DNA of 64,000 bases from assembly GCA_002104905.1 (NCBI GenBank), contig MCFE01000444.1:9784-73783 (forward strand), read 5' to 3'. The notes under the pieces were generated by a model. That model saw only the letters and a list, made by a program, of their open reading frames with translations, was not told the DNA's origin and ran no database searches. A program made the position numbers and the translations under genes. Every line of letters starts with the position of its first letter. The first letter of the stretch is position 1. Source of the stretch: Basidiobolus meristosporus CBS 931.73 (taxonomy: Eukaryota > Fungi > Basidiobolomycota). Shown one piece after another: positions 27,061 through 39,499 of the stretch.

Positions 27061-28176
27061 GCAAACTGGCTTAGTAAAAACAAATTTCAGTCCCTGTGTA
27101 GTTGCTTTACTGACTGAGAGTAGGTTCTTAGCTATTCCAGGTACATAGAGTACGTCAGTCAGTTTTGCTGTTGTTGCCCCTGAGTTATCACTCATATTTA
27201 GTTGTATAGACCCACTGGCGGTAGCTTCCAATGCAGAGTTATCTCCCAGATAAACCTTTCTTACGGGAATAGTCTTTAAGTTGCTGAACCAATCCTTTAT
27301 ACCACAAATATGCTGTGATGCTCCAGAGTCAATATACCATTCATTACTTTCGTTACTTGCACTCTCTTGTACAGTGACAAATAACTGTTCATCAGTAGTT
27401 ATATGGTTTGCCTGCTCTAGTTTCTGTTTTTTGTCTGCTTGTTTCTTCTTGCATTCTCTTGCCCAGTGTCCTGGCTTCTTACAGTAGTTATAGCAGCCAG
27501 GTTTTCTTCGGTTTTGTTGCTTTCCCTTCTTTTCTGTATGCCTTTCTGAACTAAATAAAGCATTATCTTCAATTTTCTCTGCTTGATCATTATGTCTGAG
27601 TTCTTCATGGAGAAGTCTTCCTTTGACATAGTCTAAAGTCAAGTTGTCTTCTCTGCTTTCAAAAGAAAGTATGAGTGGCTCATACTTGTCTGGTAGGCTG
27701 CAAAGCAGACAGAGTATCTTTTCTTCATCATCTACACCAGCATTAATACTGTAAAGTTCTTCTGCAAGTGTCTCCATTCTGGTAATGAGTTGTAGCATGT
27801 CATCATCTGGCTTTTTTCTCATGTTGAAGAACTTTTGTTTCAAATACAGCTTGCTTGATACTGACTTTGCTCTAAAGATCTTCTCTAAGGATTCCCATGC
27901 TGCTTTGGCAGTATTTGAGGCATGGATTTGTCCAATGAAGGAGTCTTGCACATTGATGCATATTGCATTGAAGGCCTTTCTCTCCTTCTCTTGAAACTTC
28001 TCCACATCTTCTGCTGTTCCTTTGGGCTCAACTTCATTTCCTGTTACTATGTTCCAAAGCTTTCTTTCCTCAAGGTGGATCTGCATCTTGATTCTCCAAA
28101 GTCTGTAGTTCTTCCCATCAAACCTCTCCTTTATAGGGAAGATGTTGGTATTGCTTTGTTTGCTGGTAGAAGTCAT
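26974..28176 (-). CDS. gag: Copia gag-protease, 400 aa; last ~30 aa out of frame after a deletion
   Basis: FDGKNYRLWRIKMQ (copia gag N-terminus), LCLLCSLPDKY, knuckle CYNYCKKPGHWAREC, WYIDSGASQH. Confidence 0.9.
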   Translation of the reverse strand: MTSTSKQSNTNIFPIKERFDGKNYRLWRIKMQIHLEERKLWNIVTGNEVEPKGTAEDVEKFQEKERKAFNAICINVQDSFIGQIHASNTAKAAWESLEKIFRAKSVSSKLYLKQKFFNMRKKPDDDMLQLITRMETLAEELYSINAGVDDEEKILCLLCSLPDKYEPLILSFESREDNLTLDYVKGRLLHEELRHNDQAEKIEDNALFSSERHTEKKGKQQNRRKPGCYNYCKKPGHWARECKKKQADKKQKLEQANHITTDEQLFVTVQESASNESNEWYIDSGASQHICGIKDWFSNLKTIPVRKVYLGDNSALEATASGSIQLNMSDNSGATTAKLTDVLYVPGIAKNLLSVSKATTQGLKFVFTKPVCKVLLVYWYTSTDHSSSYSTAKWSSRTCK

Positions 28177-28989
28177 CTTTAGAAAAGATTAAGGCAATCG
28201 GGGCTCATAACCTGTTGCAATTTAAGAAGTGATTTGGATATAAGGAACTTATCAAGAAATAGTGATAATAGTTGAAGTGTTGTTTATTCATAAAGAAGCT
28301 CAGTATTTATACCTTTGTAGAAGTAATACTGCTGCAACACTAAGTAGGGAGGGTTTCTCAATATTCAGGAGCATTCTGTAACAGTTTCAGGGTTAGTACA
28401 TAATGTTTGGTAATAGTGCTAATTTGATCCTGACTATAGGGGAATAATCATAAGATCATATATCTGGAGAAAGTGGCAAAGTTAAGGGAGTAAATGAGTC
28501 CTACACTGACTAAGACTAGCCTAGAATTGTTAAGTAAATTTTTAGCTGCTGAATGATACCAAATAGTCCAATATTTCAACATTTCCTGTTACTATATTCC
28601 AAAGATTTGCTTCCTCAAGGTGAATCAGCATCTTCATTCTCAAAAGTTTGAGGTTCTGCTCATCAAACCTTTCCATTAAAAGGAAGATGTTTGTATTGTT
28701 CTGTTTGTTGGTAGGTGTCACATTTAGAGTATATCAAGGCATTTGGGGCTCATATCTTATTGCAACTTAAGATGTGATTCAAATATAAGGAACTTATCAA
28801 GTGATAGTAATAATATTTGAACTGTGGTGTATTCATAAAGAAGCTAAATACTTATACCATTGTAGAAGTTATAAGCTGTAACACTAAGAAAGGAGAGCTT
28901 CTCAACACTCAGGAGCATTCTGTAACAGTTTCAGGGTTAGTACATAATGCTTGGTGAAAGTATTAATTTGCTTTTGACTACAGCAGAGT

Positions 28990-30500
28990 AGACTTGCTCT
29001 GTTGGATAATGTCACATTGAGCTGTGAGTGCCAAGTGATGCCATATTGTGCCTAGAAGGCCAAGTTGGTATATACTTGGCCACAGAGTGTCAAACATAGC
29101 TCTTCATCTTCATGCTAAGCAGCCCCTGTGGCCAACTTTATATGACCTATACAGGTCCCTATACTTAACAATAACACTGAGCTGAATCCAAACTGAGCAG
29201 GTAAATCCATCAAGATTCACCATTCAAAAATTATCTCTGCTTTCACACCCTCTGTCCACAACATTGGTGTGAGTTCTATAGCTTTATATCATTGTTTATT
29301 CACCAGTTCCCATACATCTTGGTCCTCAGCCAGCACTGCAAAGTTGATCACTTCATTTGCCAGTTTTGGCAATAAATCCCTGCAATGTTCAAGTTCATTT
29401 TTGTGAGCACTGCTCCTGAAGAAGTGCTATAGCATGTTGGTGTGCCTACAGATGCTCCAAAATATCACTGTAGTCACTATGATAGTCTTTTGAGCTCTGG
29501 ACATTGTTGCTTTGTCTGTTAGTAGGTTAGCCACTCTGTCTACAATGGAGGACATGGAGGCAATGATAGACATATTGCCTTTCTCTACATGCACATCTAT
29601 TTCACTGCAGTATAGCTCAACTGGCTTTGCTTCAAACACTTGTGAAACCATTTATTGCCATGTTGGTGATTCTCCTTGGATATGATGAGATTCTGCCTAT
29701 TCTGGGCTGATGACACTTGTTGGTGAGAGCTGCAGCTATTTACTCATGATTACCTGTCTCTGGCTTGTGTATACTGTTTTCCCTTTACCTGAGCTTTACC
29801 TTTGTTGCTACCAGGTCTTGAACTAAAACTTTGACCAATACTATTTGTATTGTATCACACTTACTCCTTGATAGACATTGCATGGGTACATCCATCTATG
29901 CCTACTTGTTCTTTACCAGCACTCTCCAAGCAACTTGACATTTCTTTAGCACTCTAGTGGAACTTTCAGCCCAGCTTGTAATGGGCTCCTAAGAAAGCTT
30001 CAGGCTTTTATTGCTATCAGGTCTGTCACTTTTACCTTATCTGAGTTCCCCTTGCAATGAACTATGATATTCCTTGCCAAACACTGCACTGATGCTTCTA
30101 CTTCTGCCTGTTTGTTGCTTGCCAGCACTCTTCTGGCCACATAAAATATCTTTGCTGCTTGTTTTTAAGGCTTTCAACCCTGCTTGTGACAAGCTGTTAA
30201 GGAAGCTGCTGATTTTTAGTCAGGGTGCCCTTGTTATTTGGCATTTAATGTATATAGCTATTCTTGAGATACTTTCCTAGCATACTAATGATTGCCCAAA
30301 ACCTATTTGCTTGCTTGAGTCCAGAATAATGCTCATGGAATCCCTTAAAGTCTTGTTGTATAACATTTTTCAAGTGATGCCACACTAGACCTGTTACAGC
30401 CTTTTGAATATTAGCCCACTGCTAGTCATTGCCATCAACAGCATCACAGATCTTGAATATCTATTGACTTTTAGGCTTGGGAATCATGATAACATTCACC
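28990..30500 (-). mobile_element. TIR-terminated copy of family X, interrupting the old copia LTR
   Basis: Begins AGACTTGCTCTGTTG followed by TGCC at 29029/29039/29049; interior is the reverse complement of about 11300-13030. Confidence 0.55.
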
Positions 30501-30670
30501 TCTTCCCATGCAGTAATATGTTTTTCTGTGCTCATTATCTCTTGGGACTATGGTAGAGCTTCAAATACTATACAGCTTTCCTCTGCTGTTCCATTGACAA
30601 AATGCCCCATTCTTGGTAGTGACAATTGGCCACTAAAGTTCCTTATATGCAGACTATACAATGTGTTCTC

Positions 30671-30909
30671 TGTTGCAATATTGGACAATTTGGCATCTTT
30701 CAGCAGCTAAAATTTACTTAGCAGTTCTGGACTAATCTTAGTCACTGTAGGACTAAATTACAGCCCTGGCTTTGCTACTGTCTTTCAGATCAATGATCCC
30801 ATGATTATTTCTCCACAGTCAAGATCAAATAAGCAATAAACAACAGTTCAACTATTATTATTACTTCTTGATAGGTTCCTTGTATCTAAAACACTTCTTA
30901 AATGCAATA
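30671..30909 (+). repeat. Solo LTR, copia family A, ~130-bp internal deletion, TSD TTCTC
   Basis: TGTTGCAATATTGGAC...TGCAATA; TTCTC at 30666-30670 and 30910-30914. Confidence 0.85.
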
Positions 30910-30941
30910 TTCTCAACCTGAGATATTGATTGCTCTACAAA

Positions 30942-31295
30942 TGTTATAATCTACCACTTGAATATATAAGTCAGATCAGTTTTGGGTCAAATCAATGAGT
31001 TTTGTGCTTAGGCTATCAATGTATGAGGGTTTTCTACTAAATCAGTGGTATTTGTAAGTAGATGAATCAGCAGATCCTTATCAGACAGAAATAGATAGAT
31101 TAAGCAAGATTTGTTGGTGATGATGATGCAATCAAATGAGTCATCAGCTACTACCTTTGTTAGGAAATACAATTTGGTAGCAATTGATCTGGCAAAATGC
31201 ACAAAATGAACTGCTGGAAGCTGAATAAAAATCAGTTCAGGTTCTAGTAAACACAACACTAGCAAAGTTTCCAAGATATAAGGGCTACTTTGTAG
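30942..31295 (+). repeat. Diverged gypsy LTR, same family as 6293-6659
   Basis: tgttataatctaccacttg..gatgaatcagcagatccttatcagacagaaatagat is the reverse complement of the copy 1/2 LTR. Right end approximate. Confidence 0.8.
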
Positions 31296-31299
31296 GTAT

Positions 31300-32000
31300 G
31301 TACAACCCTGCATTTGCCATGATGCTTCACAAGTTCCCACAGCACTCATACAAAGCCAGCAAATCCTGTAGGTTGAATTTTGTATGTTTCCATAAGGATA
31401 CTAGAAATAAATGTCATATCAAGGTGCATATTTTTATCTGCATTGCAAACACTCAAGCAATCAGCAAGACAGCTGACTTTCCTAGGGACAATGGATGGTA
31501 TTGCTGTCAGATGGGCAAGATTCAGGGGACTTACTTCTTAACTCACATACATAATTTGTATCTACACACCAATACTAAGTGCATCATTTTTATATAGAGA
31601 GAATGTACCCAACCCAGCATGCATTGGTCACAATGCTAGCAAGTAACAAGTCATTGGTCCATATATGCTGTTGATTAAAAACCAGCAATACTGGTGATAG
31701 AGGGAAAATGTGGGAGCAAAACCTGTCACTGGGAGCAATGCATTCATTCCTCAACAATACCCTTAAACTAATTGCCAAGTTGTCCATGAGGCATTTTAAG
31801 CTAAATGAGCCCTCTAAGAAACTGGAAAAATATAAAAGAATTGGTATGATTTTGCCAAGGATTTACTATAGTGGGAATACAATGATATCCACTAAACAAT
31901 GCACTCATCCCTATATTTTTTACCACTCCATGTTCTACCACCCTTATGATAGTTGTGTGCCACTTATTTTATTTGATCAGTAGTACTGCATAAGCCAGCT
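31300..32000 (+). pseudogene. CACTA transposase relic
   Basis: ANTQAISKTADFPRDNGWYCCQMGKIQG matches the GDIPA..GF.GHNG..C..C motif seen at ~8200 on the minus strand. Confidence 0.65.
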
Positions 32001-32682
32001 GGCTATCTCACCTGCCTATTGCATAGCAATGGTTAACCTTTACTTCCTGTATGAATACTGGGCGTAAGTGCATCTATACTATGCAGGTGCTTGTGCTAGC
32101 ACCTATGCAACTTGATCTGACCATGCTACCATCAATACCATTTTCACCCCTTTATGGTATCTATGTTTCAGAGGCTCCACAATACTGATCCCTGATTGGC
32201 TGGATGAGAAGCACCTCTAAGAATTTTCCAGGACCTACCTAGATCATTATATGCTCATTCAGATGCCATCAAGGTGACTAATGGTCTAATGACCCTTCTG
32301 TAGCACCTCAATTAGTGATCAATTAGCCAATGAAGGACATATACAAAGGAAACACTTCCTCAACAATAAATAATCATACATTTTGTCAGTATATCATCTT
32401 ATTAATTGGTTTAATTGGTGCTACCTTCAGCTCCATGCACTTCTAACTGCAGACTGCAGGACACTCCCAGGAAATCATGCACAGAGCCAACTGACCTTGG
32501 GGGCACTACTTGTGATGTATATTGCAGTTAGGTATCTTATACAAAATTTGATTCTTGCCCCAGTTTGTTTTTGTAATAGCAAGGATACTTCTCTGCCTGT
32601 AGAACTATTGACCACAGCTGAATTGTTATTAAGTCCCTGCTAGTGGAGTTTACAGTTATTCTGACTTGGGAAGCTGTAGTAC

Positions 32683-34186
32683 TGTTGCAAGAGTCCTATA
32701 GATATTGTAAGTGATAGTGAGAACAACTAGATTATGTGGTTTCCACAAAATGATTTATTGAATATGATAGTAAATTTATACTCTTACATGATCTTGGCAT
32801 AACAAACATGTAGAGTAGGCTTAGGAAGGTCCCAAGAACATGTGTGCAAAGTTTGGGGCTGTTTGAACAACTTTGAGAATTTTCATGTTCTTAGTAACTA
32901 ATACTTTGGTGAAAGTATTCTAAGTAAATTCCAATAAGGATTTTAGTCAGTATTTGCTGAGTTTTATAGGGAATGATCCAAGTGATCAAGTTAGGAGAAT
33001 ATTCAGGTGGAATTACAAATTTTTATCACACTCCCACTCAACCAAATGCTCTGCTGACTAGCTCTAATTTTGACCTAAGATATTCCATTTTGTCTCTAGC
33101 TAATGGTCTGGTAAATATGTCTGCAACCATTTCATCTGTAGGACAGTATGCTAAGCTAACTAAGTTATTCTCTATATCTTCACCTATGAAATGATGTCTA
33201 ATACCTATGTGCTTAGTACTAGCATGAAAAACCTGATTTCTGCCTAATTATATATATCCTTAATTAGATCAAATAAAGCAATAGGAGTTTTTTGACACAA
33301 GCCTAAATCTTTAAAAAGCTTCCTATCCACATTGCTTCTTTTCTATCTTCACAGGCTGCCATATACTCTGCCTCTGTGATAGAAAGTGCTATGGTGTGGT
33401 TGCTTCCTTAAATTCTATGAAATTGCTCCTTTACAGTCAAGGAAGGTTTATCCTGTGGTGATTCTTCTGTCTTCCAAGTCTTGTCCCCAATCCGCATAAG
33501 AGTATCCAGCAAGGGCCTATTCTAAGTCTGTATAAGTTTGACTTGGGCAGATATTAGCAGCTCCCTTTAGGTATCTAAAAATCAGCTAAACTGCTACCAA
33601 ATGAATAGATACATAGTTCTGAGTATGCCGGCTGACAACTCCCACTGAATATGAGATATCAAGACATGTTCCAAGCATGATATGCTTCAGACTGCTGGCT
33701 ATAGATTGATAAGGAATTTCACAGCTTTTATATGCATTACAAGTCTAGGTATATGAGTTGTAGAGGATAGGGAGTTCAGCTAGAATTGTATTCACTAAAA
33801 CTTGAACCGATTTTTATTGAGGTTCCAGCAGCTCCTTATATACATTTTGCCAAATCAACTGCTGACTAATTGTATTTCTTAATATAGGTTGTGGCTGATG
33901 ACTCATTTGATTGCATCATCATCACCCAACAAGATCCTACTTGATGTATCTATTTCTGTCTGATAAGGATCTGCTGATTCATTTGCTGACTGATGCTACT
34001 GATTTGATAGATAATACTAATATACTGATAGGCTAAACATATAGCTTATTGATTTGACTTAAAACTGATCTAACTCAAACATTCAAGCAGTGGTTCATAA
34101 CCAATGACCCCAAGCTCTCTAGATTTGATCAAGTTTGACCAAGTTAAGGTTTGTCTTCATTGGGGTAGCTGCCATTTTACAGTCCA
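32683..34186 (-). mobile_element. Copia family B 3' part (LTR 32683-33030, PPT, RNase H/RT tail), interrupted by a gypsy solo LTR
   Basis: LTR homologous to 44254-44603; CTCCCACTCA (PPT complement) at 33031-33040; TKHIG..HHF and ADIFTRPL motifs. Confidence 0.85.
33735..34102 (-). repeat. Gypsy solo LTR
   Basis: Full-length homology to 6293-6659; TSD not clean (atatg versus caatg). Confidence 0.88.
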
Positions 34187-37100
34187 TGTTGAAATATTGG
34201 ACTATATGGTATCATTCAGCAGCTAAAAATGTACTTAGCTATTCTAGACTACTCTTGGTCACTGTAAGACTGATTTGCAGCCCCAACTTTGCCAATTTCT
34301 TCACATTTATGATCCTATGATTATTCCCCTATAGTGAAGATCAAATTAATTAAATTAATGCTGGTGTAGATGATGAAGAAAAGATGCTCTGTCTGTTTTG
34401 CAGCCTACCAGACAAGTATGTGCCACTCATACCTTTTTTTGAAGCCAAGAGCACAATTTGACTTTAGACTATGTCCAAGGAAGACTTTGCCATGAAAAAC
34501 TCAGATGTAATGATCAAGCAAAGAAAACTGAAGACAATGCTTTATTTAGCTCAGAGAGGAACACAGAAAGGAAGGGAAAGCAGCTAAACCAAATAAAACT
34601 GGTTGCTGTAACTACTGTAAGAAGCTAGGACATTGGTCAAGAGAATGCAAGAAATAAGCAAATAAAAAGCAGAAACTAGTGAAGGCAAACCATACACCAA
34701 CTGATGAACAGTTATTTGTAACTTTACAAGGGAGTGCAAGTACCACAGTAATGAATGGTATATTGACTCCAGAGCATCACAGCATATTTGTAATTTAAAG
34801 GAGTGGTTCAGCAACTTAAAGACTATTCCCATCAAAGAGGTTTATCTGAGAGACAACTGTGCACTGAGAACTACCACCTGTGGGTCTATACTGCTAAATA
34901 TGAGTGATATCTCAGGGGCTACAACAGCAAAACTGACTGACATAGCCTACATCACTGGACTAGCTAAGAGCCTGTTGTCAGTCAGTAAAGCAACTACTCA
35001 GGGACTGAAATTTGTTTTTACTATGCTGAACTGCTCAATATTGAGTGAAAATGGACAAATAATAGCTTTGGAAATCAGATATGACAATATATACAAGTTG
35101 CAATGCAAGAGCATTGTACCTGAGTATGCTAACATTGCTGGAACTGATGAAACCTACTGGGAGACATGTCATAGGAGGCTGGGACACATTGGGGTAGAGA
35201 AAGAGTGCCAATTGGTGAAAAATAGCTTGTTTTAGGCCTAAATTACTCAATTACAATCAAATTAAGTGTCTGTAAGGGGTGTTCCTATGGCAAACAAGCT
35301 AGATGACATTTCAGGAGCTCAGATGGCATCAACACTGCCAAAATATTGGCTATTGTGCACTCAGACAAATGTGGGCCCATGAGAACACTGTGCTTTGGAG
35401 CCAATAGATACTTTATGATGTGTATTGATGACAAGACTGGATGTACATGGGTATACTTCCTTAAAACAAAGGATGAGGCTTTAGATATGTTTAAACACTA
35501 CAAAAACATGACAAAAACACAAACAGGGTGTAAATTGAAGATACTGTAAAGTGACAATGGAGAGGAAAACTGCTCAAAGGAGTTTGCAAAATGCTGTGTA
35601 TTGACTGGTATAATTTGGCAGACCACTGTTCCACCTACTCCACAGCAAAATGGAGTGGCAGAATGTGCAAACAGAGCAATAGTAGTGATGGGAAGATCTA
35701 TGCTACATGATAAGGTAATGTAGTATAAGTTTTGGGCTGATTCTGTTGTCACCATGGTATACACCAAGAATGATGCCAACAACAGCACTATATGATGATA
35801 CGCCCTTTGAAGCATATACAGGCAAAAAACCAGACCTCCAACACCTCAGGATCTTTGGCAGGGATGTCTTTTATCACATCCCTGCCAAAAAATGCTCAAA
35901 ACTGCAACCAAAGAGTAGAAAAGAAATCTTTCTTGGATATTGTGATGATACTAAAGGGTGCAGAGTGTATGATGGCAAAATTCAGAAGCTGATTTAGAGC
36001 AGGGACATTGTATTTGAGTAGAATTCTGATCAGAAAGCCACAGAAACTATTGACCAGCTGCCTGATGATGCAATCAACAGTAATAAAGAAGATGGTTACC
36101 AAATTCAGCCAGATAGAGAAGATAATTCTACTAGTTCCAGATCAGAGCAGATTATCCCGGTCAGTAGATCTATTAGAATAAGAAATGTCCCTGGATCCTG
36201 GTGGCAGACATTCAATGATGATGAAGGAGCTTATCATGCCTTATGTGCCACACCTTAGAATCTGGAACAGGCAATGCAAAGTCCAGATGCTACTATGTTG
36301 CAACAAGTCATGCAGGAAGAGTACCAATCACTGAGCAAAGCAAAAATGTGTGAACTGGTAGATTTACCAATGGGGAGAAAGTCAATAGGTTGTAGATAGG
36401 TCTACAAGATCAAGATAACCTCAAATGGTACCATTGATAAGTGCAAGGCTAGATTGTTGGCCAAAGGCTATTCCCAGACTCAGGAACTAGACTTTAAGGA
36501 AACAATTGCTCTGGTTGCCAAGTTTAACTCTATTAGGACAGTTCTAGCCCTGGCAGCTGTACACAGTCTAGATCTACACTAAATGGATATCAAATAGCTT
36601 TTCTAAATGAGGATTTGCAAGAAACTATGTATATGGAGCAACCAGAAGGTTTTACCAATCCAAAAGGTCCTCATAAGGTGTGCAGATGCAGGAAACTGTT
36701 ATATGAGCTTAAGCAGGCACCTAAAACATGGTACAACAAGATTGACACATATCTAGAGGAGATTGGGTTTATTTGTACCACTGCAGTTCACAGTATATAT
36801 GAGAAACCGCTCTAAAAGGGTGTGATAATCCTAGCTCTGTATGTTAACAACCTAATACTAGCTACAAGTGGCCAGGAGGCACGTAAACCCACAAAATCAG
36901 ATCTCTTCAGCAAGTATTAGATGAAGTATCCTGGAAAATTGAGCTATTTTCTTGTAATTGAAGTGAATTTTGACATACCTACACAGTAAATGGTGCTGAA
37001 TCAGTCTAAGTACATCAGGGACACTCTTAAACACTTCAGAATGGAAAACTGCCGGTCAGCAGCTACCCTATGGACAATAATCTAAAATTGAGCAAATCTC

Positions 37101-37930
37101 AGCCTGTTTAGGTGAAAGCAGCCCAAATATGGACCAAAACTTTCCCTATCAATCAATGGTTAGTAGCCTAGTGTATTTGATGGTGTCTACACATCCTGAT
37201 ACTGCAGTGGCAGCTGTAATAGTCAGTCAATATATGCATAATTATGAATCAGATCAAATTGCAGCAGTCAGGTGCTTTTCAGATATCTACAAGGTACTAC
37301 AAATATGGTACCAAAATACTCTGGAGCAGCTAACAGGCAGAAATTTGACAGTTAGAGCAATTTAGATTGGGGCAGAGATCTGATTGACAGATGCTCTACC
37401 ACTGGGTATGTATTTCTTTATGCTGGTGCAGCTATTTCTTGGAATTGCAAAAAATAACCAACTGTGTCCCTATCTACAACAGAGGCTGAATATATGGCTT
37501 CTTGTCAAGAGACTAAGCAGGTTATATGGCTATGGGAATTATTCAAAAACTTAGACTTTAACTCAGATGAACCAACATGTGTTTACAAAGATAATCAAAG
37601 TTGTATTTCTTAAGCTAAGAATCCTACTAATCATGCCAGAACTAAGCACACAAATATACATCACCACTTTGTGAGGGAAGCTGTAGAAAATAACTTAGTA
37701 GACTTAGTTTATTGTCCAACTGACAAAATGGTGGCAAATATATTGACAAAACCACTAGCTAGACCTCAATTTGAGAAACTCAGAGAGGAATTAGGATTAA
37801 GAAATTATGTAGTTGAGCGGGAGTGTTGAAATATTGGACTATTTTGTCACATTCAGCAGCTAAAAATTTTCTTAACAATTCTAGACCAGTTTTGGTCACT
37901 GTAAGACATATTTGCAGCCCCAACTTCATT
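34187..37930 (+). mobile_element. Decayed copia family A element with partial LTRs (34187-34350 and 37824-37930)
   Basis: gag knuckle GCCNYCKK, WHRRLGH/VHSDKCGPM/CIDDKT integrase N-half, RT, RH, PPT GAGCGGGAG. Many stops. Confidence 0.9.
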
Positions 37931-37959
37931 TTGTTATTGGTATTATGGTACAGTAATCT

Positions 37960-39400
37960 CTTGCATTATCTGATGAATTTTGCAGAAGTGGATGAAGAGT
38001 TTTGAGGTATATTCTCTACCATTATCAGAGCATATCTTCTAGGTTTTTCACCAGTTTCTCTCTCCACCGTGGCTTTAAACTCCCTGAACTTATTAAATAC
38101 TTCATCTCACTTAAGGACAAGTTATGCATATGTCCACACATATCTGAGTTAATTGGATATAATTCATTTTTGGTATTGATTAATCTGGAGCTCTGGAATG
38201 ATTGTCTGGCTTGCTTCCCATATATACAAGCTCCATAGGGCTCAAAATCAGCATGGGGATCAATTTACCATGAAAATCAGCAGACTATTGAACATTTGCC
38301 CAAAAGTCATAATTAATCTGTGCAAATCTCCTGTGCCAAAGCATTGATGTTTTTTCATTTAAGTTACTAATATTGGCTTCCAGATATGACGGAATATACA
38401 TCAACTGATAAAGATTCTGATCTCTAATATCCATGCAGTAAGACAACATTTTGATCAGTGATCCTGTATTTGGAATTGTGAAAGCTGAAGCTGAGTCCTT
38501 CTGTTGTGGCATTACTTGCAGATAGTAGGTTCTTGACAATTTCTGGCACATACAATACTTCTTTTGAGGTCAGTGTATGGCTTCCTTCACTGCTTCTAAG
38601 GTCTACTTGGATAGTTCCTTCTTTCACTACATCAAGTGTTCTGTTGTCACCCATTTACACCTTCTTGAATGGAATTTCTTGATATTGGGTAAAAAGTTCT
38701 TTTTGGTGTGTAGAGTTTTGAGATGCTCCAAAGTCAATATACCACATCTGAGAATCCTTGTTTGTGGGCATATTTAGTGTAGGTATGAATAGTCTATCTT
38801 TGGTTGTTGCAGTAATACCATATATAGGCTTTTTCTGCTGACTATCTCTCATTTGAAGCAACGGTCTGATGTGTGTCCTTTCCTTTGGCAGTAATTGCAA
38901 ATAGATTTCTATTGCCCATAACAGGTACTGGGTATCTTCTTTGTGGATTATCATTGCTTATCAAAGCATTTTCTTTTTCCTGCTTATTGGTGCTTGATTT
39001 TCTTAATTCTTCATTCAGGAGCCTACATTATATGTAATATAAGGTCAAATCTTCATTTCTGGACTGCAGGGCTGATATAAAGGCCTGAAACTTGTCTTTC
39101 AGGCTATTCAGGATAGATACTATTATACCCTCATCAGTAGTTGGTATGCCTTCAAATTCAATCTCATCCACTAGCAGGGTAATTGTTTTAAATAATTTTT
39201 ACATTTCTTCTCCTAGCAGCATCCTTACGGTAAAGAATATTAGTCCAAGAAGTATTTTCTTGGCAGATGAACATGACTGGTAGATGTCTTCTGTTACCTT
39301 CCAGGCATTCTTTGCTGCTTTTGGTCTTGGGTATTGAGTTAGCAACTTGTCTCTGACACTAAGGCAAATGCAAATATATAGAGGTTAGTAGGCAGGTGGC
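37960..39400 (-). pseudogene. Copia family B gag-protease-integrase relic
   Basis: MWYIDFGASQ..KELFTQYQEIPFKKV, MGDNRTLDVV..EVLYVPEIVKNLLS, MLWHRRFA. Confidence 0.8.
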
Positions 39401-39499
39401 TATAGTTTTTTTGTCAAACTATAGATGAAATAATACAGAAGTAGTGGGTAGGTGAATAAATTAGGGTGTTCTTACAGTGGAATGTATGCATGGCTCAAA

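Larger units (their letters stand above)
24455..28581 (-). mobile_element. Young Ty1/copia element (family A), 4127 bp, identical 369-bp LTRs, TSD TTTCC, internally deleted
   Basis: LTRs 24455-24823 and 28213-28581 with no difference found; PPT GAGGGGGAG; PBS GGTTATGAGCCC at 28201-28212; order gag-PR-IN-RT-RH. Confidence 0.98.
18138..28988 (-). mobile_element. Old copia family A host element carrying two nested insertions
   Basis: 3' LTR 18138-18506, PPT 18507-18516, decayed RH/RT/IN/PR to 20997, gag pieces 23882-24454 and 28582-28740, PBS relic 28745-28757, partial 5' LTR 28758-28988. Confidence 0.85.

Noticed and set aside
27050-27075. Integrase deletion as a retrotransposed spliced RNA
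   Set aside because: Comparison with older copies puts AGCTGT, not GT, at the would-be donor.
28201-28212. tRNA-Met gene
   Set aside because: Only 12 nt match the anticodon arm, directly beside an LTR. It is a PBS with no cloverleaf.
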